Of a stretch of DNA of 59,661 nucleotides, positions 36,619 through 46,497 are shown piece after piece. Source of the stretch: Alphaproteobacteria bacterium (GTDB lineage Bacteria > Pseudomonadota > Alphaproteobacteria > UBA7985); NCBI GenBank assembly GCA_049612785.1, contig JBMZBW010000003.1:1-59661 (forward strand), in the 5' to 3' direction. The notes under the pieces were generated by a model. That model had not been told where the DNA came from and searched no databases. It worked only from the letters and a program-made list of their open reading frames with translations. The position numbers and the translations under genes are program-made. Numbering within the stretch: position 1 is the stretch's first letter; each line of letters begins with the position of its first letter.

Positions 36619-39030
36619 CTAACTGGCTTCAGCAGCATCGACGACGAAAGATGCGATAACACGTTTTTCACCCGCAGCGTCGAAGCCAATGACAAGTTTT
36701 TCGCCCTCGACCGCCGAAATGATGCCGTAGCCAAACTTGCGATGAAAAACCCTCTGACCGGTGACAAAGCCATGGTCGGCATTTCGGCTGGCAAAGCCAA
36801 CGGGATCGAAAGTGCCGTCGATAACCGGGGGATTGCCGCGTTTGACGGTTTCGAGGTTGGCTTTCAGCCTGTTCATGCCGGGGCTGTCCTGCCCCCTGAA
36901 CTGCCGTTTGTCCGCCCATTCCAAGGGTGGCAAAGCGCCGATATCCCGCGCACCCGTCGCCCCTCCGCCATAGAGCGAGCCAAGCCCGCCAGCACCCGAG
37001 GCGCCTGCAAACACGCTTGCACCCGAAATATCATCCACGTCCAACAGATCATCGGGCAGTTCTTCGACAAATCGCGAGGGTCTGGAATAGTTCCACTGAC
37101 CGTTCAGAAAGCGGCTGCCGACGTACATGATGTACAGCTCTTCCCGCGCCCTTGTGATGCCGACGTAGGCAAGGCGGCGCTCTTCTTCGAGGCCCTTATC
37201 ACCGCTTTCCGTCATCGCCCGCATATTCGGAAAAGCGCCGTCTTCCCAGCCCGGCAGGAACACGACCGGAAACTCCATACCCTTGGCTGCGTGGAGTGTC
37301 ATTAGAGACAGCTCATCACCCCCAGAAGCGGCATTGGTGTCGAGGACCAGCGAGATATGCTCCAGAAAGCCCGCCAGATTCTCAAAGTTGCCCATGGAGC
37401 CCACGAGTTCGTCGAGGTTCTCCAGCCGACCCCGCGCATCTGCTGTTTTCTCGTTCCGCCACATGTCGCGATAGCCGCTGTCTTCGAGCACCTGTTCCGC
37501 CAATTCGGTGTGGGGCATGGAATTCATCAGTTCCCGCCACTGTCCGATCATCAGCTGAAACGCCACCAGCTTCTTTTTTGCCGCAGCCGGAAGCTCATCC
37601 GTATCAATCATCACCTCTATCGCGCGCATGGCGCTGATCCGGTTCATCCGGGCGTAGGTGAGTACCTTGGCGACCGTCGTTTGACCGATCCCGCGTTTGG
37701 GAACGTTGATGATCCGCTCAAAGGCCAAATCATCATCAGGCTGGCGGATCAAACGCATATAGGCGATGGCGTCGCGGATTTCCTTGCGTTCATAAAAGCG
37801 CGGCCCCCCGAAAACCTTATAGGGCAAACCAACGTCGATCATCCGTTCTTCAATGGCTCGCATCATGGATGACGAACGGACCAGAATGGCAAAATCCTTG
37901 TACTCCCGCCCCTGCCGATGCAGCGCTTCGACTTCATCGGTGATGAACCGCGCTTCCTCATTACCATCGGGCAGGCCACGGACATGTATGGTTGAACCCG
38001 GCGCGTCATCCGTGAACAGCGTTTTTCCCAGCCGTTCACTGTTGTGCGCAATCAGCGCAGACGCTGCGGCCAGTATGTTCCCAGTCGAGCGATAATTCTG
38101 CTCCAACCGAATGGTCTTGGCATTCTCGTAGTCGGTTTCAAAGCGCAGGATGTTTCCAACCTCCGCCCCTCGCCAACCATAAATCGACTGGTCATCGTCC
38201 CCAACGCACGCGATGTTCTGGTACTTTGCCGCCAACAGTCGCAGCCACAGGTACTGCGCCACGTTGGTATCCTGATACTCATCCACCAGAATAAAACGGA
38301 ACCGGTGCTGGTAGGTTTCGAGGATCGCAGAATTGGTGCGGAAGATCGTCAGGTTGTGCAGCAGCAGATCGCCAAAATCGCATGCGTTGAGTTCCAGCAA
38401 CCGGCTTTGGTAGGCATCATAGATCCGCCCCAGTTGCCCTTCGCAAAGCCCATTGGGAATTTCATCCAAAGGCACCTTTTCCGGCACCCAGCCGCGGTCC
38501 TTCCACCGGCTGATCGCGTTTGAAACCGCGCGAGGACTGTGGGCTTTGGGGTCAAGGTTGTGGTCCACCAGTAGGGTCTTGAGCAGCCTCAACTGATCGT
38601 CGTCGTCCAAGATGGTGAAGTTCTGGGTAAAGCTCTCGACACCCAGAACGCTGGCATGAATACGTAGGATTCGCGCTGCGAGACTGTGAAAGGTGCCAAG
38701 CCACCACCCTGTCGTTGGTTGCCCGATCAGACCTTCAACCCGCTCCCGCATCTCTCCCGCGGCTTTGTTGGTGAAGGTTACGGCCAGCACTTCCTGTGGG
38801 TGCGCGGTTCCTGTCATTAACAAGTGGGCAATCCGCGTCGTTAGCGCACGCGTTTTCCCGGTTCCGGCCCCTGCCAAAACCAGCACAGGCCCTTCAAGGG
38901 TCTCAACGGCCTCACGCTGCGGCGGGTTCAGCCCCTGCATATAGGGCGGCAAAGAACCCTGAGGGATTTCGCGCCTTTGGTCTGGCGTGGCAGGGCCGTC
39001 ATTGGTTAATGTAAATAAATCCTGAGTCAT
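36619..39030 (-). CDS. uvrD: UvrD/PcrA superfamily 1 DNA helicase
   Basis: AGAGTGKT, TFTNKAA, DEYQD, VGDDDQSIYGWRGA, TLHAAKGMEF, EERRLAYVGITRA, C-terminal Tudor-like domain; likely start MTQDLF. Confidence 0.95.
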   Translation of the reverse strand: MTQDLFTLTNDGPATPDQRREIPQGSLPPYMQGLNPPQREAVETLEGPVLVLAGAGTGKTRALTTRIAHLLMTGTAHPQEVLAVTFTNKAAGEMRERVEGLIGQPTTGWWLGTFHSLAARILRIHASVLGVESFTQNFTILDDDDQLRLLKTLLVDHNLDPKAHSPRAVSNAISRWKDRGWVPEKVPLDEIPNGLCEGQLGRIYDAYQSRLLELNACDFGDLLLHNLTIFRTNSAILETYQHRFRFILVDEYQDTNVAQYLWLRLLAAKYQNIACVGDDDQSIYGWRGAEVGNILRFETDYENAKTIRLEQNYRSTGNILAAASALIAHNSERLGKTLFTDDAPGSTIHVRGLPDGNEEARFITDEVEALHRQGREYKDFAILVRSSSMMRAIEERMIDVGLPYKVFGGPRFYERKEIRDAIAYMRLIRQPDDDLAFERIINVPKRGIGQTTVAKVLTYARMNRISAMRAIEVMIDTDELPAAAKKKLVAFQLMIGQWRELMNSMPHTELAEQVLEDSGYRDMWRNEKTADARGRLENLDELVGSMGNFENLAGFLEHISLVLDTNAASGGDELSLMTLHAAKGMEFPVVFLPGWEDGAFPNMRAMTESGDKGLEEERRLAYVGITRAREELYIMYVGSRFLNGQWNYSRPSRFVEELPDDLLDVDDISGASVFAGASGAGGLGSLYGGGATGARDIGALPPLEWADKRQFRGQDSPGMNRLKANLETVKRGNPPVIDGTFDPVGFASRNADHGFVTGQRVFHRKFGYGIISAVEGEKLVIGFDAAGEKRVIASFVVDAAEAS

Positions 39031-39031
39031 G

Positions 39032-39046
39032 GGACGAATGTAGAAC
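39032..39046 (-). promoter_or_regulatory. Possible LexA box (one mismatch) abutting the uvrD start
   Basis: GTTC-TACATTC-GTCC on the minus strand, 1 bp before ATG 39030. Confidence 0.4.
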
Positions 39047-39122
39047 ATTGTCGGCTTCGTCGCTATCGAGATTACGCGCTCGAAATGCTGCTCGGCGGAC
39101 ATCTGATGGGGAAAACCAGTCT

Positions 39123-40274
39123 GTGAAGAACGTCATCATCGAAAACCGTACCCTTAAAGGCGATTTTCAAGGCACTTCCTATAATCTGCGCGTGTTTCGC
39201 TTTGGCGCGGCCCAGCCGGGAAAGCCCAAAGCTTACATGCACGCGGCCCTGCATGCGGACGAAACGCCCGGCATGCTGATCCTTCATCACATGCTGCCAA
39301 AGCTTCAGGCTGCGGCTGAAGCGGGTTTGATCGAAGGGGAGATCGTCGTGCTGCCCCAGGCCAACCCGTTGGGTGGGGCGCAAGTGCTGTTTGGTGATAC
39401 CCATATTGGTCGGTTTGATATGGCCTCTGGCCAGAACCATAATCGCGGTTGGGAGCTGCTACCGCCGCAAGTGGTTGCAGATATTGAAGCTGTACTTTGC
39501 GATGACGAAGCCACCAACGTGGCCAACATTCGCCGCATCGTGGGCGAGGCGGTTGCCGCCCGCCAACCCCGGACCGTACTGGACCAATTCAGGAAAGAAA
39601 TCCTGCAGCTATCGCACGACGCCGATATCGTGTTCGACATTCACTGTGACGACGAAAGCGGTCGGCATCTGTTCATTATTCCAGAGCAATGGCCGGATTG
39701 GGAAGACATTGCCCGCGCCAGCCGCTCGATGGTGGCATTGACGGCAGCAGACAGCGGAGGCGGCTCCTACGACGAATGCCTGTCAACGGTCTGGACCCGT
39801 CTCAAAGCCCGCTTCCCCGGCTATCCCATTCCCCTCGCCTGCCCTGCTGCGACCTTCGAATACGCGGGCTGGGCTGATGTGGAGGACGATGTTGCTGAAG
39901 AGGATGCCCAACACCTGTTCAGCGTGCTGTGCTCCCGCGGCTTTATCAATATGGAGCCAACGCCTCTGCCGGATATTGAGGTTCCCGGTCTGCCGCTGGA
40001 AGCGACTGAAATGCTGCGAACCGACGTTTCTGGAATTCTGACCTACAAGGTTGCCGTGGGCGATACGGTCACCAAAGGTCAACACGTGGCCGATATCATC
40101 GACCCCACTGAATTAGACCCGGCAAAGGCGCGCACCCCCATGTACGCGACCACCGACGGCTTCATCCTGTCCAGACGGACGCGCAAATTGATGTTCCCCG
40201 GAGAGAGCATCATGAAGATTGTCGGCAAAGAGGTTTTGGAGAGCCGGCAAGGGGGCTATCTGCTCGAAGACTAA
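39123..40274 (+). CDS. Succinylglutamate desuccinylase/aspartoacylase (M14) family protein
   Basis: LHADE, ANPLG, NHNR, DIHCD, FEY Zn/catalytic motifs and C-terminal barrel-sandwich domain; GTG start inferred. Confidence 0.85.
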   Translation: MKNVIIENRTLKGDFQGTSYNLRVFRFGAAQPGKPKAYMHAALHADETPGMLILHHMLPKLQAAAEAGLIEGEIVVLPQANPLGGAQVLFGDTHIGRFDMASGQNHNRGWELLPPQVVADIEAVLCDDEATNVANIRRIVGEAVAARQPRTVLDQFRKEILQLSHDADIVFDIHCDDESGRHLFIIPEQWPDWEDIARASRSMVALTAADSGGGSYDECLSTVWTRLKARFPGYPIPLACPAATFEYAGWADVEDDVAEEDAQHLFSVLCSRGFINMEPTPLPDIEVPGLPLEATEMLRTDVSGILTYKVAVGDTVTKGQHVADIIDPTELDPAKARTPMYATTDGFILSRRTRKLMFPGESIMKIVGKEVLESRQGGYLLED

Positions 40275-42070
40275 GCCTTCGGCTGGTCCGACTTATCCCG
40301 GCTCCATTGCGCGTCTTCAGGCAGGTCATCCTGCCCTTCGGCGACCAGCATGGCGCGGTGATAGGCGTAGGACACATCGAAATCGTGGATCAGGCCGATC
40401 AACTTGTTGGAGGCTTCATCCATGACCACGGGCACGTGCGCTTCGCCCTTTTCAACGAAACGCTTCATGGCGGTTGTCAGGTCACAACTGGCTGTCACTG
40501 ACAGAGCATCCATAGCCACGTCAGCGGCGGTGTTCTCAGGTGATTTCAGTGCTGAGCGCGAGGTTTCAAGCGTGATGAAGCCTTCGAGTTTTCCAGCATC
40601 AGAAACCACGAAAACCCGCCCCCAACGACTGGCGATCAATCGTTCCAGCGCTTCGGGTGCTGGCATGTTGGGCGGTACGGTATCGACCTCGGTATCCAGA
40701 ATCTCTGAAACCCTCGTGTTGCGCAACAAGGATACGTCTTTACCGTCGCGAATATCCAGACCCAGCATCTGCAACTGACGGGTGAAGAAAGAATGTCCGG
40801 TCAGCGCCCTGGCAAGGCCGACGGCAAAGACCACAGCAACCATGGAACCGACCGCCATAGGATAGGACCCCGTCAATTCGAATATCATCAGTACTGTGGA
40901 TATTGGCGCGCCCAGAACGGCTGCGGCTGTTGCTCCCATCCCGACAATGGCATAGGCGGCCGGGTCAGATGTTGCCCACGGAAACAGCGTCATAAGCTGG
41001 CCAAAACTGGCACCCAGAGCCGCACCAATGAGCAGCGAGGGCGAGAATACTCCACCGCCAAAACCCAACCCCTGACAGGCTGCCGCACAAACAATCTTAC
41101 CGATCAGAACCGCGATGAGCAGCGTCAGACCGTACTCGCCGGCCAAGGTCAGTTGAGTGGCTTCGTAGCCGATCCCCAGAACTTGCGGCAATTGTATCGC
41201 GATAAGGCCAACAATCAGACCCGCAACAGCGGGACGGGACCACCAAGGCAGATTGAGCCGATCAGCTACTCTCACGATGCGGAATGTCAGCACGATAAAC
41301 AGAACCGCCACCAGACCGCTGACACCGCCTAGCAGGCCGAACAGGGGGAAGTCTGCTGCGCCTGCCATCACGATCTCCGGCATCACAAAGGCTGGATCGT
41401 CACCTCTGATGGCGCGCCCAACGAGTGTCGCGGCCAAAGCTGCCAGAACGCAGGGTGCAAACAGCGAGAAGGCGTAGTGTCCAACAACCACTTCCAGCGC
41501 GAAAAACACACCTGCAAGCGGCGCGTTAAACGATGCTGCAACGGCCGCAGAAACCCCGCAGGCCAGCAAGGTCCGTCGTATTCTCGGATCAAGGCCGAGC
41601 GCGCGTGCGCCCCAGGCGCCAATGGTTGCACCCCAGTGCACCATCGGCCCCTCTCGACCAACTGAAGCCCCGAAACCAATGGAAATGGCATTGAGCGATG
41701 CAGCCTTTATCCCGTCCCTGAAACTCATTCGACCACGTCGAAGGGCCGAGGCTGCGATCACGTTTGCAACGCCAGGCGGTCGCGGCAGCGTCGGATAGAG
41801 GATGGTCATCAATCCACCAACAATTATACCGCCGACCAGCGGACCGGCCAGGCGCCGCCACCATGGTTGTTCCACCAGCCCGGAAATGACCATTTCTTCA
41901 CGGGTTCCCAGCGCTATAAGCTGCACCCACGATATGGCTTCAAGGAAAACAACCGCTGCGAGTCCGACCAGACCACCAACGACCAACGCCAGCAAAGCCG
42001 CCACCAGCAGACCCCGCTGGCGGAAGGCCAGTTGTGGAGAACCTGCGGTTCGGGTGGAGGGTTCGGGCAT
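40271..42070 (-). CDS. ClC family chloride channel/transporter with CBS pair
   Basis: GREGP, FNAPLAG, GGVFSP, many TM helices, C-terminal CBS domains. Confidence 0.92.
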   Translation of the reverse strand: MPEPSTRTAGSPQLAFRQRGLLVAALLALVVGGLVGLAAVVFLEAISWVQLIALGTREEMVISGLVEQPWWRRLAGPLVGGIIVGGLMTILYPTLPRPPGVANVIAASALRRGRMSFRDGIKAASLNAISIGFGASVGREGPMVHWGATIGAWGARALGLDPRIRRTLLACGVSAAVAASFNAPLAGVFFALEVVVGHYAFSLFAPCVLAALAATLVGRAIRGDDPAFVMPEIVMAGAADFPLFGLLGGVSGLVAVLFIVLTFRIVRVADRLNLPWWSRPAVAGLIVGLIAIQLPQVLGIGYEATQLTLAGEYGLTLLIAVLIGKIVCAAACQGLGFGGGVFSPSLLIGAALGASFGQLMTLFPWATSDPAAYAIVGMGATAAAVLGAPISTVLMIFELTGSYPMAVGSMVAVVFAVGLARALTGHSFFTRQLQMLGLDIRDGKDVSLLRNTRVSEILDTEVDTVPPNMPAPEALERLIASRWGRVFVVSDAGKLEGFITLETSRSALKSPENTAADVAMDALSVTASCDLTTAMKRFVEKGEAHVPVVMDEASNKLIGLIHDFDVSYAYHRAMLVAEGQDDLPEDAQWSRDKSDQPKA

Positions 42071-42110
42071 GGTACTACTGAAGTGCCTTCACGGTTTGAA
42101 TGGACTCAAT

Positions 42111-42659
42111 TTAAGGACGAACCAGAGACTTCCCGGGGGGCAGACCAATAGATCGACTGACCCAGGCCGGTTTGTCCCAATCCTTGTGGACGTCCCAAAC
42201 GGCTGCAAAAGCCTCAAGCACCTCGTCCCTGAAAGGCGCGGAGCGGCGGGTTTCAAGCGATACGGACAGGGACATCCACTCCATCGTTGCTGAGACGAAC
42301 TCGCTGCCGTCTTCATTGATGCCGTACATGGTTTGCGCCACGTGCATCCGCTTGCTGTCATAGTCGTAGAGCTGGTTTTGCAGACGGTAGGATTGACCCT
42401 CCATAAGCTCGCCCAGGTACTGGATATGACCTTCGAGTGTCATGGTGGTCATCTGTGTGCGCTTGCGGGCTTCCGCGTCGAACTTCAGAACATCGACAAA
42501 GAAATCGAGGCCGGTATCGAAGGCTACGAGGTAGTAGGCAACATTCATGTGACCGTTGTAGTCGATCCAATCCGGCAAAACGGTTCCGCGCGTCTCAAAG
42601 CCACCTTCAGCAGCCTTCCGAACCACTTCCGCATCAAAACCCACAGCCCTCTCCTCCAC
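42111..42659 (-). CDS. Hotdog-fold thioesterase family protein
   Basis: WIDYNGHMNVAYY motif, as in carnitine-dehydrogenase-associated thioesterases. Confidence 0.8.
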   Translation of the reverse strand: MEERAVGFDAEVVRKAAEGGFETRGTVLPDWIDYNGHMNVAYYLVAFDTGLDFFVDVLKFDAEARKRTQMTTMTLEGHIQYLGELMEGQSYRLQNQLYDYDSKRMHVAQTMYGINEDGSEFVSATMEWMSLSVSLETRRSAPFRDEVLEAFAAVWDVHKDWDKPAWVSRSIGLPPGKSLVRP

Positions 42660-42758
42660 ACAGTGAATTGATGGCCTTATAGACCCTGTATATTTGGGCG
42701 CTAGGGCAAAGACGGAAAATGGTTCTTAGAATTGCATTTTCCTTAGAAAATTTGCTGT

Positions 42759-44138
42759 TTAGGCCGGTTTTACCGGTGTGCGCATGGTCACAAGCTCTTC
42801 TGCGCTGGACGGATGGATGCCGACGGTTGCATCAAAGTCCGCTTTGGTCGCACCCATTTTCAGGGCAACGGCGAAGCCCTGCATCATCTCCGCTGAATCC
42901 CGACCTGCAACGTGCATACCCAGAACACGATCCGTATCGCGGTCCACAACCAGTTTCATGAAGCTCCGACCGGGATTGCCGGACAGGGTATTTCTCATGG
43001 GTCTGAATGAAGAACGGTAGATATCCACGTTCGCATGTTGAGCGCGTGCCTGCTCTTCTGTCAGACCACAGGTTGCGATTTCGGGGTTCGAGAAAACAGC
43101 CGTTGCGATATTGCTGTGGTCCATGCTGGTTGGCGTGTCCTGAAACACGGTTTTTACGAAGGCCATCGCCTCATGCAAAGCAACCGGGGTCAGTTGGACG
43201 CGGTCCGTGACATCCCCCACGGCATAGATATTCGGAACCGTGGTCTGGCCGAATGCGTCGATCTTCACCGCACCCTTGTCGTTGACCTCGACCTGCCCAT
43301 TTAAGCAGACATCCTTTGGTGTGTTTGGTGCGCGACCCGTTGCGAACATGGCCGCTCCAACCCCTAGAACGGCTCCGGATCCAAGCGTGACGTCGATGGA
43401 GTCATTGGGTGCTTTAGCCATAGAGGTGATGGTTTCACCCATATGCAAAGTCAGGTTTTCGTGGTGGGCGAGTTGCTCATGGAAGAACTCTCGCAGGTCT
43501 TCATCAAAGCCCCGCAAAGGCCGGTCACCCCGGTAAATCAGGTGCGTTTTCACACCCAGCCCTGCAAAGATGCAGGCAAACTCGACGGCAATATACCCGC
43601 CGCCATAAACGACAATCTGGTCAGGCAGCGTTTCGAGATGAAAAGCCTCGTTCGAGGTAATGGCGAGTTCAGCACCGGGGATCGCAGGTATGGTGGGATA
43701 GCCCCCCGTGGCCAACAGGATCTTGTCGGCGGTGACGGTTTTCTCTTCGCCGGTTTCTGTATCCCGCAACACAACCGAGTGCTCATCCGCCAGATACGCG
43801 CGCGCTTTGAACCACTCAACCCCAGCGCCGTTCAAGGTGTTCTGATAGGCGCCTTCGAGCCGGTTGATTTCTTTGTCTTTGGCGGCAATCAGCTGTTCCC
43901 AGCTGAATGAATTTATCTTCGCGTCATAGCCATAGCCGGCCAAATCAGCGACGTCCTCAAATCCGTGAGCAGCGTAAGACAAGAGCTTTTTCGGGACACA
44001 TCCACGGATCACACAAGTGCCGCCCATGCGGTATTCTTCTGCCAATCCAACCTTGAAACCAAGCGGAGCCGTAAAGCGCGCTGCTCGTACGCCGCCGGAA
44101 CCACCGCCAATGACAAACAGGTCGTAATCGTAAGTCAT
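42759..44138 (-). CDS. gor: Glutathione-disulfide reductase
   Basis: YDYDLFVIGGGSGG, GGTCVIRGCVPKK, GGGYIAVE, GIHPSSAEE; start ATG 44138. Confidence 0.95.
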   Translation of the reverse strand: MTYDYDLFVIGGGSGGVRAARFTAPLGFKVGLAEEYRMGGTCVIRGCVPKKLLSYAAHGFEDVADLAGYGYDAKINSFSWEQLIAAKDKEINRLEGAYQNTLNGAGVEWFKARAYLADEHSVVLRDTETGEEKTVTADKILLATGGYPTIPAIPGAELAITSNEAFHLETLPDQIVVYGGGYIAVEFACIFAGLGVKTHLIYRGDRPLRGFDEDLREFFHEQLAHHENLTLHMGETITSMAKAPNDSIDVTLGSGAVLGVGAAMFATGRAPNTPKDVCLNGQVEVNDKGAVKIDAFGQTTVPNIYAVGDVTDRVQLTPVALHEAMAFVKTVFQDTPTSMDHSNIATAVFSNPEIATCGLTEEQARAQHANVDIYRSSFRPMRNTLSGNPGRSFMKLVVDRDTDRVLGMHVAGRDSAEMMQGFAVALKMGATKADFDATVGIHPSSAEELVTMRTPVKPA

Positions 44139-44265
44139 GTCTCGCCCTTCCTCGCATTGCGGTGCTACATTTGCGCCTTGCAAGCGCTGATTTCCAGCGC
44201 TCATCTAACCTACGTGCTAGTCACTGCGGTCTTACGACCCTTTATCCCTGAGGATTCCATCTGCT

Positions 44266-45039
44266 GTGTGTGGCCGCTATCACATCACCCGACCTCTGGA
44301 AGCCGTGGCGGAAGTGTTTGACGCGATTATCCCCGAAGAGATCCGGGAAGCCGCGTCAACGATGCTCCCACGCTTCAACATCGCCCCGACGCAGATGGTT
44401 CCAATCATCCGGCTGGAAGTGGAAGGGCCCAACCGCGGACGGCGGATTGTTGATTTCGCCCACTGGGGACTTGTGCCTTCGTGGGCCAAAGACACTTCGA
44501 TGGCCCCCCGCATGATCAATGCCCGCAGCGAAACAGTCGCGGAGAAACCGTCTTTCCGTGCAGCATTCCGACACCGCCGCTGCCTGATCCCAACCAGTGG
44601 GTTTTATGAATGGAAGACGGAAACGAGAGCGGCGAAACCTTATAAACAGCCCTTTCGCATCCACTTTGCAGATGAGCGGCTCATGGTCATGGGGGGACTG
44701 TTTGAGGTCTGGCAGGCCGCGGATGGGTCAGCGCTGGGGTCGTGTTCCATGCTGACGACCGCAGCCAGCGAAACCATGCGAGAGCTGCACCCTCGTATGC
44801 CGGTCATCCTCGACAGCGAAGACGAATGGGATGCCTGGCTCTCCCCGCACACCGAACCGGATTTGCTGCTTTCGCTGTGTCAGTCCCACCAGAGCGATGA
44901 TTTCAGTTTTCATGCCGTCGATCGGGCCGTCGGACAGGTCCGGAACGAGAGCGCGGACCTGCTTCGTCCCGTCAATTTGGAAACTGCACCAACTTTGCAA
45001 TCTCCAGACCTGAAACCGTCGCAAGGAAATCTATTCTGA
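44266..45039 (+). CDS. SRAP (YedK/HMCES) abasic-site DNA-protein crosslinking protein
   Basis: N-terminal MCGR, RFNIAP, WGLVPSW, INARSET, GFYEW, HPRMP. Confidence 0.93.
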   Translation: MCGRYHITRPLEAVAEVFDAIIPEEIREAASTMLPRFNIAPTQMVPIIRLEVEGPNRGRRIVDFAHWGLVPSWAKDTSMAPRMINARSETVAEKPSFRAAFRHRRCLIPTSGFYEWKTETRAAKPYKQPFRIHFADERLMVMGGLFEVWQAADGSALGSCSMLTTAASETMRELHPRMPVILDSEDEWDAWLSPHTEPDLLLSLCQSHQSDDFSFHAVDRAVGQVRNESADLLRPVNLETAPTLQSPDLKPSQGNLF

Positions 45040-45114
45040 AATACAAACTTTATTCTGCCGTCGAGCAAGCCTAAGAACCAACCATACCCCATCGTACAGC
45101 GCATCGTTTCAGCC

Positions 45115-46485
45115 ATGGCTCTTCTTCATCCCTTGAACATCATCATCCTTGCCGCAGGCAAAGGGACACGGATGAAATCCGCCACGCCCAAGGTCTTTCA
45201 CGCAGCGGCAGGACGCACGCTGGTCGAATGGGTGTTAGCCGCAGCAAACGAGCTTGCGCCCCAAAACCTGCATGTCGTCGTAGGCCCAGAGTCTGAGGGC
45301 CAAATTGATGATTTTCCTTGGTCCAAAGACATTTCGTGGTCTGTCCAGCGGGAGCGTTTAGGGACGGGGCATGCAGTGATGCAAGCGGCCGGTGCACTGT
45401 CCGAGGCTGATGGCTACACACTGGTTTTGTACGCCGATACACCGTTGGTAACATCCGAAGCTCTGGCTCGTCTGGTTGAAGAAACGCAGACCGATCAGGC
45501 TGATGTCGCCCTGACCGTGTTTGAAACCGAACAACCTGCCGGATACGGACGCATAGTTCTCGATGACCAAGGGCGTCCGCTGGAAATCGTCGAAGCTAAA
45601 GACGCAACTCCTGAGCAACTGGACATCAAACTATGCAATGGCGGGCTGATGCTGGCGCGCAATAAGGTGTTGTTTGACCTGCTGTCCAAAACCACAAACG
45701 ATAACGCCGCCGGCGAGTTCTACATCACCGACGTGGTTGGGCTGGCGCGGAAAGAGGGCCTTAGCACACGAGCTTCGATGTTCGATCAAAGCCTCTTGGC
45801 CGGGGTCAACAGCCGGCAGGAGCTGGCAGCCGTAGAGGGCATTCTGCAGAGCAGACTGCGCGCCAGACTGATGGACAATGGTGTAACCATGATCGCGCCG
45901 GAAACCGTCACCCTGTGTTTCGATACACAAGTGGGTGCGGATACGGTGATCGAGCCTAACGTCTTCTTCGGGCCGGGCGTGACGGTGGGAACGGGCTGCC
46001 GCTTGCGCGCAGGTTCCTATTTTGAAGGCGCACAGGTTGGTGAAGAGGTCATCATCGGCCCCATGGCCAGACTGCGCGAAGGCACTGTGCTCGGCGATAC
46101 CGTGAAAGTTGGCAATTTCGTAGAAATCAAGAAAGCTCACCTCGCACGGGGCGCAAAGGCCCCCCACCTGACCTATGTGGGCGATGCCGAAGTTGGTGAG
46201 CAGGCGAACCTGGGTGCAGGCACCATCACCTGCAATTATGACGGTGTGAACAAGCATCGCACGACCATAGGCAAGGGTGCTTTCATCGGCTCTAACGCTG
46301 CTCTTGTCGCTCCGGTGAGTATTGGCGACGGCGCATTGGTCGGAGCCGGTTCAACCATCACCGCCGACGTACCAGCCAACGCCATTGTAACAACCCGCGG
46401 CACCACCAAACTCAAGGAAAACGCCGCAGAGCGTTATCGAGAGCGGCTTCGCGCAATCAAAGCACGCCAGACTAAGCAAAAGTAA
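45115..46485 (+). CDS. glmU: Bifunctional UDP-GlcNAc pyrophosphorylase/acetyltransferase
   Basis: LAAGKGTRMKS, LGTGHA, GYGRI, hexapeptide repeats, GNFVEIK, CNYDG. Confidence 0.97.
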   Translation: MALLHPLNIIILAAGKGTRMKSATPKVFHAAAGRTLVEWVLAAANELAPQNLHVVVGPESEGQIDDFPWSKDISWSVQRERLGTGHAVMQAAGALSEADGYTLVLYADTPLVTSEALARLVEETQTDQADVALTVFETEQPAGYGRIVLDDQGRPLEIVEAKDATPEQLDIKLCNGGLMLARNKVLFDLLSKTTNDNAAGEFYITDVVGLARKEGLSTRASMFDQSLLAGVNSRQELAAVEGILQSRLRARLMDNGVTMIAPETVTLCFDTQVGADTVIEPNVFFGPGVTVGTGCRLRAGSYFEGAQVGEEVIIGPMARLREGTVLGDTVKVGNFVEIKKAHLARGAKAPHLTYVGDAEVGEQANLGAGTITCNYDGVNKHRTTIGKGAFIGSNAALVAPVSIGDGALVGAGSTITADVPANAIVTTRGTTKLKENAAERYRERLRAIKARQTKQK

Positions 46486-46497
46486 GGACAGCACTTA

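Noticed and set aside
46486-46497. glmS ribozyme
   Set aside because: The glmU-glmS gap is only 12 bp
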